64,000 bases of DNA. It comes from Fibrobacterales bacterium (GTDB taxonomy: Bacteria; Fibrobacterota; Fibrobacteria; Fibrobacterales; JAOPTW01). Where the stretch lies: positions 1 through 64,000 of the forward strand of contig JAOPTX010000038.1 in assembly GCA_051532055.1 (NCBI GenBank), written 5' to 3'. Positions 20,537 to 29,949 of the stretch are shown here, piece by piece. The notes under the pieces are model-generated. The model was not told the origin of the DNA. It was given only the letters and a program-made list of their open reading frames with translations, and made no database searches. How positions within the stretch are numbered: position 1 is the stretch's first letter; the number at the start of each line of letters is the position of its first letter. The translations under genes were made by a program, and so were the position numbers.

Positions 20537-23500
20537 ATGACGAATGTGTTGAGAATATTTTTTTGTATCAATCTGCCTTTACTGGTCCTTTTCTCGAGTT
20601 GTTCAGATACAGTGAATACGCCAGAAATAATTGCAGTAACAGCAAGTAGCTCTGAAGACGAATTTATTAAGAGCGTTACATTGGATTCAATAGATCAATA
20701 TGCTTCAGAAATTTCTTCTTTAATTCAAGAGAAAGAGGCTACAAGTGAGTCCTCACATCAGGATAGCCTTACGAACTTAATTGATTCAAAAATAAATAAA
20801 TTAGAATTGCTTATATTAACTTTTTATGATGCGAGAGAACAAGAGTTTAGTGACGTAGAATATGCAATTGCTATAGCGAAAGCGGAGGGGGTTTCTGAGG
20901 ATGTTAACGTCTCTAATGATCTTCTTGATAGCCTTGTACAGAATCGGGTTGATTCCAAAAATTACATTGAACAGCTAAAAAAAGAATTGGGACTATCAAT
21001 TTCACCAAAGCCTATTATTTTAATATCTAGCTCATCACTATTAGAATCAAGTATTTCAGAAGATGGAGGTATAGCATTATCCGATACCATCTATTATCAA
21101 GCGACGGAAGATTCATTGTATACTTTTACTATTGGACCAACAATTTCTGAAGGGGATACGCTGATTTGGGGTTTTCTTGATGATATTAAAAATGGATTGG
21201 TAGAATTGGAGCCTCGAGTAGACTCTGTAATTATATCATTTAAGGCAAGTCGGAATTATTTTGGACAGGTGTCATTTAGGCTAGAAGTAAGTAATAACGA
21301 TAAGAGTGACACTGTATATGTCGTTGTTCAAGTAGCTCCAATTAATGATATTCCCTCATTTGAAGGGGAAGTATCAATAGCAGGGACTATAATTGAAGGC
21401 CAGAAATTAAAAATTATTACAAAAGCTACTTGTAGTGATCAATCAGATAAGGGGGCACCCACACCAACGTTAATTAACAACTGGTATGGAGATACTGATA
21501 GTATTGGATTTGACGGAGAATTGATTTCTGTTGGACGATCGATGGAGCTATCTGCTGAACATGTGGGATATTATCTTTATGGAGTTGTATTATGTAAAGA
21601 CTACTTCGGTGATATAGTTGCAGATACAACACTTTACACTGATTCAGTAGCGAAATTGAATAGTGCGCCAATAATCGATTCAGGTACAATATTACATGGT
21701 ACTCTTAATGAAGATGATACTATCAGTGGTCTACTTACTGCGATAGACGTAGATGATGATTTAATTCAATGGATGTTAGCTGATAGTACTTCGCATGGCA
21801 CTGTTACGTTTATGGGTACTTTGAATGAAGCAAAGTATAACTATGTGCCTTTTCAACATTATAATGGAGTGGATTCTGCAAAGGTTGTTGCTTTTGCTGG
21901 CATTCATAGTGATACCATTGTATTAGCATTTACTGTAAACCCAATAAATGATTTGCCTTTGATTTATGTAGATTCCGTCATTACAGGGGGGGCTTTATTC
22001 GATAGTGATCTATCAGTTCAAGTAACCTGTACGGATAATATTGATAGCATTCAATCACCTCTAGAAGTAAGGTATCAATGGTTTTCAGACAGAGATACAC
22101 TGAACTATGATGGGGGATTAGTTTCAACTGATTCGGTTTTAACTGTTGTGGACTCACTTGCTCTCAGCTATTTTTATTTGATCACCCAGTGTATTGATGA
22201 GGATAACAGTGTGGTTCAGGATACAAGCCTATATAGCAATCGACTTATCCCTCAAAACTCTTCAGCAACTACACAGAAAACTATGCATTTTGATGGAGTT
22301 GATGACATCATTGATTTAGACCCATTAAACCCTGATGTTGATGATGGCCTAACATTCGAGTTTTTGGTTTTTCTCGACTCATTCCATACTGGTACAGTGT
22401 TAACGCTATCTGAGGATGGGCAAGCGGTTGATTTATCAATTGGCGTTTCTCACGATTCATTAAAGGTTGAAATTGGATCTAATATATTTAGTATACAGGA
22501 ATTTTTCATTGAAGAACACTGGACCCATGTAGCGATATCAGTTGGTTCAGGAGTGGGGAATAATATCCATTTTTATAAAAATGGAATGTTAATTGAGAAG
22601 GGTACCGTTCCAGCCCTTATTACAAATGCATTTGGAGTTTGTAAAATGGGAGCTTCACTACAAAATGTAGATAATTTAAGTGGAACACTTGAAAATGTGA
22701 AAATATGGGAAAGTGTGCGAACCCGAACTGAAATTAAAGACAATATATTTAACGAAAATATTAATCATTCAGATCTATACATTGGGTGGAGTTTTGATAA
22801 TACAAGTACATTTTTTATTCAAAGTACTCAGGGAGAGCACTATGGATCAATGGAGGGAACAAGTGCCACAAGAAGAGATGCTATTAAAAGGAATATTGTG
22901 AGTGTGGTTCCAAATTCAGAAATTACAATAACTATTAATGGTGATACAATAGATGTTGCAACGGACTTTGAACTTGCAGAAACTATGCTATTGAATCTTA
23001 GGGCCTTTCCAGGGATTAGGTATAACTTTGTCCGTTGGATTACTTCAAAGGCATCTGTAATTTTTGAAGGAGGGGGGCAAGGAGATTCTCTGATGAATAC
23101 TGACCTTTCTATAAGTGAAGCTTCTGAATTAAGTGTAGATATAGAACGATATACTCTGGCTGATACTCGAAATAGTGTAACTATGGCTTATCATTATATT
23201 GTTATGGATAGTACAGCTTGGATGGCGGAAAACCTAAAATATTTACCAGAGGTATTTGGTACTGATCAATATTCTGGTATTGAACCACGATTTTATGTGT
23301 ACGGTTATTCTGGTATAGTAGTTGCAAATGCGCTTCTAAATACAAACTATGACAAATATGGCGTATTATATAATTGGAAAGCAGCAAATGATAATGTATG
23401 TCCTTTAGGTTGGAGACTTCCAACTAATGAGGATTGGACAAAGTTACTCGAAGGAGTAAATGATATGTATCCGTCAGAAAATGAAAGTGAAGTGCTCAGA

Positions 23501-23773
23501 GAAAATTGGAGCACCTATTGGGAAAATGACAAGGGAAAGGATTCCATTTTGTTTGGAGCACGCGGTGGAGGCATGTTGTCTGCAGTGGGTACCCCCGCTC
23601 AAGCTCTTTTTGAATACAATAGACAAAAATCCTTTTGGTGGAGTTCGGATGTTGTATTGGGTACTTTAGACTCAGGCTGGTCCTGGGCTCTAAGCGATGT
23701 AAGTACTTCTGTGGAAAATATTCTTCAGGGAAGGGAGGATGCTCTTTCGATTCGTTGTGTACAGGATTTGTAG
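20537..23773 (+). CDS. Modular surface lipoprotein 3: helical N-region, 2x(Big_9-like + disulfide Ig), LamG, Fib_succ_major (FISUMP) tip
   Basis: LFSSC lipobox; LamG HWTHVAI; FISUMP signature WMAENLKY...YGVLYNWKAA..VCPLGWRLPT..DW...FWWSS...SIRCVQD. Confidence 0.85.
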   Translation: MTNVLRIFFCINLPLLVLFSSCSDTVNTPEIIAVTASSSEDEFIKSVTLDSIDQYASEISSLIQEKEATSESSHQDSLTNLIDSKINKLELLILTFYDAREQEFSDVEYAIAIAKAEGVSEDVNVSNDLLDSLVQNRVDSKNYIEQLKKELGLSISPKPIILISSSSLLESSISEDGGIALSDTIYYQATEDSLYTFTIGPTISEGDTLIWGFLDDIKNGLVELEPRVDSVIISFKASRNYFGQVSFRLEVSNNDKSDTVYVVVQVAPINDIPSFEGEVSIAGTIIEGQKLKIITKATCSDQSDKGAPTPTLINNWYGDTDSIGFDGELISVGRSMELSAEHVGYYLYGVVLCKDYFGDIVADTTLYTDSVAKLNSAPIIDSGTILHGTLNEDDTISGLLTAIDVDDDLIQWMLADSTSHGTVTFMGTLNEAKYNYVPFQHYNGVDSAKVVAFAGIHSDTIVLAFTVNPINDLPLIYVDSVITGGALFDSDLSVQVTCTDNIDSIQSPLEVRYQWFSDRDTLNYDGGLVSTDSVLTVVDSLALSYFYLITQCIDEDNSVVQDTSLYSNRLIPQNSSATTQKTMHFDGVDDIIDLDPLNPDVDDGLTFEFLVFLDSFHTGTVLTLSEDGQAVDLSIGVSHDSLKVEIGSNIFSIQEFFIEEHWTHVAISVGSGVGNNIHFYKNGMLIEKGTVPALITNAFGVCKMGASLQNVDNLSGTLENVKIWESVRTRTEIKDNIFNENINHSDLYIGWSFDNTSTFFIQSTQGEHYGSMEGTSATRRDAIKRNIVSVVPNSEITITINGDTIDVATDFELAETMLLNLRAFPGIRYNFVRWITSKASVIFEGGGQGDSLMNTDLSISEASELSVDIERYTLADTRNSVTMAYHYIVMDSTAWMAENLKYLPEVFGTDQYSGIEPRFYVYGYSGIVVANALLNTNYDKYGVLYNWKAANDNVCPLGWRLPTNEDWTKLLEGVNDMYPSENESEVLRENWSTYWENDKGKDSILFGARGGGMLSAVGTPAQALFEYNRQKSFWWSSDVVLGTLDSGWSWALSDVSTSVENILQGREDALSIRCVQDL

Positions 23774-23989
23774 CTGGCATCTGAATCAATTGATTGTTTA
23801 TAAATAATAAGGTGTATGGCTATTTACAATAGCTATACAAATAACTATAAATTCTAAATAATAATGTTTGAGAATGCAGATTATTAGATGAAAGTTTAAT
23901 CTATTTGTTTTGGAGATCATTTTTAGATATATTATTATCTCAATAGGGCGAAAATTTCAATGAAAATAGAAAGCAAAGAGGTATAGTTC

Positions 23990-26491
23990 ATGGTATCAGT
24001 TTTTCAGATATGCGTTGTTTTGGTATGTATACTCTTGATGTTCTGTTCGCGTACAGAAAACACACTTGGTTTAGATGAGTCCCAAGAAGTGTCGGGTGAG
24101 GTATTAGAGGGAACCGTTGAATCTCTGAAGGATACCATACTTCTTTTAGAAGAGCAAAAGGCTCGCGCTGTAGATTCTTTGGTAATTGCAACATATGATG
24201 TTGAAATAGGTAGAATACAAGAGCAAGTAGTCAATATTACTCGTGCAAAAGCCTATGAAGAAGAAAGCTCACTTTCCATTGCACGATCAAATTATGCTTA
24301 TTTATTGGCACAGGGTGCGACCGGAGATACATTACTTCTGGCTCAAGAGCTTGTTTCTCAACTTGAGTCTCTTTCTGATTCTTTGCAAAGAGAATTAGAA
24401 AGTTTAACGGTAAAGTATGGAGATATAGCTTTAAAAGACCCATCCCATACAATGAGCTCATCCAGTACTACCCCGTCGAGTAGCTTCACGCAGGGAAGTG
24501 TAAATAGCTCTAGTGTAATAGAAGGGGGATCTTCAGGTCAACAACCAGGGATAAGTTTTGCGCCACTCAATACTCCGCCTGTTATCGATCAGGGAGACCA
24601 GGTAGCGGTAACAGTCTCCGAAGATGGTTCTCCAAAAGCATTTGAATTGTTGCTGACAGCCACAGATGTTGAACAGTTTGAGCTTTCATGGGAGGTAGTA
24701 AGTCATCCTTCTTTTGGGGTACTGTCTCTTGAAAAAGATGCAAAACAAGTATTGGTAGACTATCAACCTGCACCTAATCATGCTGGAGTGGTGACATTTG
24801 TAATGACTGTAAGTGATAGTGAATTAAGTGATACCATAACGGTGACAGTGACAATTGAGCCAGAGAATGATAGGCCAATATACTTGGGTGAGGCGATATT
24901 AGTAGGTACAACAGTTGAAAACGAAATACTATCTATTGATCAGGGAGGTGCATGTACCGATAGTGCAGATGGTGGTATTTTGCCTATAGTGTCATATATT
25001 TGGTATAAAGATAGTGATAACTCTGAGTATAATGGTATTGCGCAGGTCTCTTCAAATAAACAGAAACAATTGAGTAATGATGATATTGATTTTTATTTTT
25101 ATGGTATAGTTGCTTGTACGGATACACATGGGGCTGCGGTGTATGATACAACTGATTATAGCGCACAAATTGTTCCTGCACAAGCTGGTACGGGCCCCCG
25201 AGCGTTACAATTTAAAGAGGTGAATGATTTTATTGCTCTTCCGGAAATGACTTTAGAAGTGAGTGACGGGTTTACTTTTGAAGCGTTAGTGTATTGGGAT
25301 AAAAATAGTCCAAATAAAGATGGAACGCTCATGGAATTTTCTGATACGAGCGGATTAAACAAATTAGTACTCAAGCGATCACAGGATAAGATACATTTTG
25401 TCTCATCATTGGGAGCTGGTGCATCTCTATTGAAATCACATAAAGGTTTTGTAGAAGAAGGCCATTGGACTCATGTTGCAGTCACTGTGAAAAATGATGG
25501 AACCGCTACATTATATAAAAATGGATTCGCAGATAAAAGTGAAACGTTTTTAATAATGGCAAATAATGTTTCTCGAACTAAAAATGTTCTTGGGAATAGT
25601 GTAGAAGGAGGGAATGCTCATTTGGGGCTCCTTGATAATGTTCATATATGGGAGAGGGTTCTAACGCCAGCCGAAATACAGCAAAGACTGACACAACAAG
25701 TCCAAGGGACTGAAACTGGCTTAAAGGCCGCATGGAATTTTAACTCAATTTCAGGTAAGACCCTTTATGATATCAGCCTTACCTATAATGGAATAGTGAC
25801 AAACATGACCGATGATCAATGGGTTGAGTCCTATGAGGTTAAGACTGTTACTATTGAAACAACAGGGGGGGGCATTACTAATGTTACAGGAGCTGTTTCA
25901 GTTGCAAAAACAATGAAATTCCCAATTACTATAGAAGCAAATGAGGGATATTTATTGGATCAATGGTCTGTAATCTCAGGAGAGGCAGAAATTGGGGATA
26001 AAACTCAGAATGTAACGTGGGTATCGGCTTCAGAGAATGACGCTGTTATATCGGCCTCCTTTACCCGAGATACCATTCATGTTGAATTCGAAGAAAATTT
26101 TAGTTCACAGCCTGACCCACAGGGGCTGCAGTATGAAGATGCACATGGGTCAGTTGGTTTTATTAATAATTCAGGTCAGCGTCTCTTATTTTCAAGGAAT
26201 TTAGTAGCGGGTAAATATGCTATTCGTGTTCAATATTCTGCCTGGACGTGGGTACCTATGTTTCAACCGAAGAAGGTTCAGTTCGCATTTACTCAGTCAG
26301 GTCAAAATATTGTATTCCCACCCCATCAACAGTGTATGTTAAAAACCAATACTAATAATTATTATAATTGGACCACGAGCGATGACGGGTATCTCATTGT
26401 GAATCAATCTGGTGAGTATATGTTAGTGACAGAATTTTGGCTCGACGATTATAATGTTGATTGGTTTGAACTTATTCCTGTTGATGAATAG
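23990..26491 (+). CDS. Modular surface lipoprotein 4: helical N-region, Big_9-like, disulfide Ig, LamG, B-repeat-like, CBM6/35-like tip
   Basis: LLMFC lipobox, YQPAPNHAG, GHWTHVAVT, GYLLDQW; tip VEFEE...NVDWFELIP. Confidence 0.82.
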   Translation: MVSVFQICVVLVCILLMFCSRTENTLGLDESQEVSGEVLEGTVESLKDTILLLEEQKARAVDSLVIATYDVEIGRIQEQVVNITRAKAYEEESSLSIARSNYAYLLAQGATGDTLLLAQELVSQLESLSDSLQRELESLTVKYGDIALKDPSHTMSSSSTTPSSSFTQGSVNSSSVIEGGSSGQQPGISFAPLNTPPVIDQGDQVAVTVSEDGSPKAFELLLTATDVEQFELSWEVVSHPSFGVLSLEKDAKQVLVDYQPAPNHAGVVTFVMTVSDSELSDTITVTVTIEPENDRPIYLGEAILVGTTVENEILSIDQGGACTDSADGGILPIVSYIWYKDSDNSEYNGIAQVSSNKQKQLSNDDIDFYFYGIVACTDTHGAAVYDTTDYSAQIVPAQAGTGPRALQFKEVNDFIALPEMTLEVSDGFTFEALVYWDKNSPNKDGTLMEFSDTSGLNKLVLKRSQDKIHFVSSLGAGASLLKSHKGFVEEGHWTHVAVTVKNDGTATLYKNGFADKSETFLIMANNVSRTKNVLGNSVEGGNAHLGLLDNVHIWERVLTPAEIQQRLTQQVQGTETGLKAAWNFNSISGKTLYDISLTYNGIVTNMTDDQWVESYEVKTVTIETTGGGITNVTGAVSVAKTMKFPITIEANEGYLLDQWSVISGEAEIGDKTQNVTWVSASENDAVISASFTRDTIHVEFEENFSSQPDPQGLQYEDAHGSVGFINNSGQRLLFSRNLVAGKYAIRVQYSAWTWVPMFQPKKVQFAFTQSGQNIVFPPHQQCMLKTNTNNYYNWTTSDDGYLIVNQSGEYMLVTEFWLDDYNVDWFELIPVDE

Positions 26492-26678
26492 GGTATATTT
26501 ACAGTTTAAGTAATTGTAAATTTTAATACACAGAGTGCTGAAAGGGGCCTGTCCTGATGAGGGTGGGTTGTTATCTTCAACTACACTATTGAAACTCCTG
26601 CTATATAAAATATATTAAGGGCAAACGAGGGCTCGTTTGTTGTAGTTTCCCATAGCTATGGGAATTTTGGAGATAGAA

Positions 26679-28898
26679 ATGCATTGGCATGTTAAAAAAG
26701 TAATAGTATTCATTTGTGTTTTATTGTGTATTGGTTGTGGGTCAAATGATGTTACTGATATACAGGTTGAATCTGTTGCATCTTCTGCGCAGAGTGAAAT
26801 GAGCTCGTCTGGAGTTATACACACTTTTATGGATACTCTAAATGCATTTACAGCGTTACATGATACCGTTATTGCTTTAGACTCTTTGATTTCTGCGGTT
26901 GGGGCGTTAGATTCATTAGTTGAAGTGCGTGAAGAATTTGCAACACGCTTAGTAACTGAAGTGGATGCTTTTTTACAACTACAAGATAGCCTCAAAATAG
27001 TAGGACAAACAGAATTAGATTATCAGATAAATACAGGAGGACCTGCTTTTGACCAGGGGGTGGCCCAAATGATAATAATTAAAGCAGATGAAAAGATTGG
27101 GAAGTTAAGTTGGCTCAATGAGGTAGTTCATGCTGATGGTTTTATCGAGAAATATGGGGCTATTACCATTCCCCCGATTTCAGAAGAGACTACTCAACCT
27201 GAACCAGGATTGAGTAGTGCCCTCCTGCTTTCATCATTAGAATCTACACAATTATCAAGCAGTATTGACCTTTCATCTTCGTCAGTAGATAGTACCCCCA
27301 TCGAAGATAGTATTGTCGGAGATTCAATGGTAAATAACGCCCCACAATTTACTAATGCAGCAGAAGCATTCATTTCAGTAAAACCTGGTTCGGAAATAAT
27401 TATTGATATGCTTGGGAGCGATCTTGATGGAGATTCAATTTGGGGAGTAGCTGTTGAAGGCAATATGCCAAGTCAGGGTACACTGGTATTTGATGATGGT
27501 ATTGGGGTGTTTACCCCTCATATTGGATTTCGAGGAGAAGAGGCTTTTAGCGTGGCATTAAATGATGGGAATGGTGGCATCGCTGAGAAGAATATAGTCG
27601 TATTGATACTTCCTGATCATATACCACAAAATAATGCAATTGTATTTGATGGCCTTGATGATAGAGTTTCACTCCCTTTGACGAGCATAGACTTTTCAAC
27701 TGGAGTAACCATTAACTTATGGGTTAAATGGCCTGATGTTAAGGATTCTGGAACAATCTTTGAGCTGGTAACCATTGACAGTACTCATGTTGGTCTGTAC
27801 AGTGAAGGCTCTAGTAATAAACAAGTACGGCTCGAAATCAATAATTTAAATACCAGCAACGAGTTAATTTCCAATATTGATGCAGTGAGATATGGAGAAT
27901 GGACACATCTATCGGTGATCTTTAATGGTGGTGGAGGCGCGGCTATCTATTGTAATGGACAGCTTTGGGGTTTTAAAGACCTTATAGTGCCTCGTGGTGG
28001 TGAGATTCGATCGTTTTCTATTGGAGGTAGTGTCATCTATTCTGATCAATTTTTTAGTGGGAGTATTGATGAGGTCACTATGTGGAATAGCATTTTAAGT
28101 CAGGAAAGTATTGCTCAATCACAATTTGACACGGTGTCTGAAGCACCATTACTCTATGTGCCTTTTGAAGAAAGTGAACCACTTATATCTGTCAATGAGA
28201 AAATTTCAGACACATATGGCACGTTAGTTAATATGGAAGGTACAGAGTGGACCACGTCTTTTACGGGTCCAGAAACACTCACGGTATCAGCAACGGAATA
28301 TGGTAGTGTTGATAATGCAGGCCTCTATCAGGTAGTTCATGGGCAGGAGAAAACTTTTATAGCAGTTCCCAATGATGATGACTTTTTTGATCAGTGGGTG
28401 GTTGTAAAAGGTTCACTTGTGTTGCCTGATAGTTCTGAGCCGGAAATTACTGTGTCAGTTTCAGAAGCAACCCATATAGAGGCTCGGTTTATTGATTTTA
28501 TCACTGATACCGTTACTATTGAGTTTGAGGAAAATATTGATGAGCAAGCAAATAGGGGTAACCTTACGGTAGCAACAGAATCTGGCGTGACTTATGTTCG
28601 TCCTAGCAATCAGTGGTATACGTTTTACTGGTCAAATGTACCCTTGTTGGTTGGTGAATATAAGGTTGTATGCAGGGCCTCATTGGGGAGCGATTCGGAT
28701 GTTCTGCTTCGTTATGCATATGATGATAAATGGACACCTGATTTCAAAAAAACAGGACTCTATAAGAGTTCTACAGAGTTTCAAGAGTTTGATATTGGCT
28801 CAATTTCTGTAAAAAAGGAGGGATCTGCATCCCTTCAATTAACTGTTGGAAGCCTAAACCTAAACTTGGATTGGTTTAAACTAGTGAAAATGGAGTAG
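26679..28898 (+). CDS. Modular surface lipoprotein 5: helical N-region, Big_9-like, LamG, B-repeat-like, CBM6/35-like tip
   Basis: LCIGC lipobox, FTPHIGFRG, FSGSIDEVTMW, FFDQW; tip IEFEE...NLDWFKLV. ATG at 26679 follows GGAG. Confidence 0.82.
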   Translation: MHWHVKKVIVFICVLLCIGCGSNDVTDIQVESVASSAQSEMSSSGVIHTFMDTLNAFTALHDTVIALDSLISAVGALDSLVEVREEFATRLVTEVDAFLQLQDSLKIVGQTELDYQINTGGPAFDQGVAQMIIIKADEKIGKLSWLNEVVHADGFIEKYGAITIPPISEETTQPEPGLSSALLLSSLESTQLSSSIDLSSSSVDSTPIEDSIVGDSMVNNAPQFTNAAEAFISVKPGSEIIIDMLGSDLDGDSIWGVAVEGNMPSQGTLVFDDGIGVFTPHIGFRGEEAFSVALNDGNGGIAEKNIVVLILPDHIPQNNAIVFDGLDDRVSLPLTSIDFSTGVTINLWVKWPDVKDSGTIFELVTIDSTHVGLYSEGSSNKQVRLEINNLNTSNELISNIDAVRYGEWTHLSVIFNGGGGAAIYCNGQLWGFKDLIVPRGGEIRSFSIGGSVIYSDQFFSGSIDEVTMWNSILSQESIAQSQFDTVSEAPLLYVPFEESEPLISVNEKISDTYGTLVNMEGTEWTTSFTGPETLTVSATEYGSVDNAGLYQVVHGQEKTFIAVPNDDDFFDQWVVVKGSLVLPDSSEPEITVSVSEATHIEARFIDFITDTVTIEFEENIDEQANRGNLTVATESGVTYVRPSNQWYTFYWSNVPLLVGEYKVVCRASLGSDSDVLLRYAYDDKWTPDFKKTGLYKSSTEFQEFDIGSISVKKEGSASLQLTVGSLNLNLDWFKLVKME

Positions 28899-28906
28899 AC
28901 GTCTAT

Positions 28907-28925
28907 TGTAAAAAAACAGGTTACA
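28907..28925. promoter_or_regulatory. TGTAA-N9-TTACA operator
   Basis: (T)TGTAAAAAAACAGGTTACA(A). Confidence 0.55.
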
Positions 28926-29106
28926 AAAGGCGTGTTTCTATTTTTTCCCAATATTTTGATTGTTTTTCGGTATACTCACTCCATTAGTTTCCAATATTAG
29001 ATATTAGGCATCTTAAGCAATTGGGGCCTTGGTTGTGATGAGGGCAGAGATCTGCTCATATTTTGAGTGAAATTCCTATATTGATTACTCTGTTTCGGAA
29101 AAGATT

Positions 29107-29940
29107 ATGATACGACTACTAATCATTTTCTCAGTATTAGCACAAATTTGTGCTGCTCAGGTGCGCCCTAAGGTTGCGGTTCTCGACTTTTTCAGTTATG
29201 ACAATGGTAAACGACGTGTTTTAACACATATAGCTGACCTTATTGAAGATGAATTAAAGCAGAGAAATCGCTTTTCTGTTGTTGGCCGTAATCAATTTGA
29301 TGGTATACTTGTAGATAACAATATTGGTTCTCTTAGATATTGTGATTCACTACAATGTGTAATGCAATCAGGAATGATGTATAAGGCAGAGAAAGTTGTG
29401 AGCGGCACTGTTCGTAAAGATGGCCCCCTTCACGTACTCTCTATTGAGCTGATTGATGTTAAAACAGGATTTCCAGATTACATGTTTGAAGTACAAGTCA
29501 ATGGGCCTCTTGCAAAAGCAGAGAATGTTGGATCTATGAAAATTGCAGCTCAGCTTAGCTCCTTCATGGACCAACACGATATAAGCTCGGTACAAAAAGG
29601 AAAGTCGGTTAAGGAAATTGAACTTGAAGTAGGAAGTACTATTGACTTACGAGTGAAGAACTCTAGAACGACAGAAAAAAGTAGACTTCTTCAGGTTGGA
29701 TTGTTTGCTTTGGCCAGTATTGCTGGGGGGAGTGGACTCTGGTATGAACTTAAAGTTTACAACGACTTTGAAAAATATAAAAAACAGAGTAAAAGTAAAG
29801 AAAATGATACTCAGTGGATCAATGAAGATGAGCAAAAATATTGGGATAGAATGGGTAATAATTCTTTAAAAAGAAATGTTTTCTATGGGCTAGCCGGTGC
29901 ATTTTTATTTATGGGTATAACGTATACCATTGCGTTTTAA
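29107..29940 (+). CDS. Exported protein with CsgG/HfaB/TolB-N-like domain and hydrophobic C-terminal segments
   Basis: Signal peptide; KVAVLDF...C-x4-C...KVVSGTV...LSIELIDVKTG; two Gly-rich hydrophobic segments ending in F. Confidence 0.65.
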   Translation: MIRLLIIFSVLAQICAAQVRPKVAVLDFFSYDNGKRRVLTHIADLIEDELKQRNRFSVVGRNQFDGILVDNNIGSLRYCDSLQCVMQSGMMYKAEKVVSGTVRKDGPLHVLSIELIDVKTGFPDYMFEVQVNGPLAKAENVGSMKIAAQLSSFMDQHDISSVQKGKSVKEIELEVGSTIDLRVKNSRTTEKSRLLQVGLFALASIAGGSGLWYELKVYNDFEKYKKQSKSKENDTQWINEDEQKYWDRMGNNSLKRNVFYGLAGAFLFMGITYTIAF

Positions 29941-29949
29941 GGGGGGCAT

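Noticed and set aside
23140..23990. FISUMP (and the SUMF1 domain at 62391) as possible diversity-generating retroelement targets
   Set aside because: No reverse transcriptase or template repeat is visible in this window; a remote DGR cannot be excluded.
26550..26600. CTGATGAG...GAAAC resembling a hammerhead ribozyme core
   Set aside because: GTC abuts CTGATGA leaving no stem I, and no convincing stem III can be formed.
26618..26640. AGGGCAAAC resembling the start of a c-di-GMP-I riboswitch (also GGGACGCGAA near 11975)
   Set aside because: GNRA loop, GACGCAAAGC junction and P2 stem are missing.
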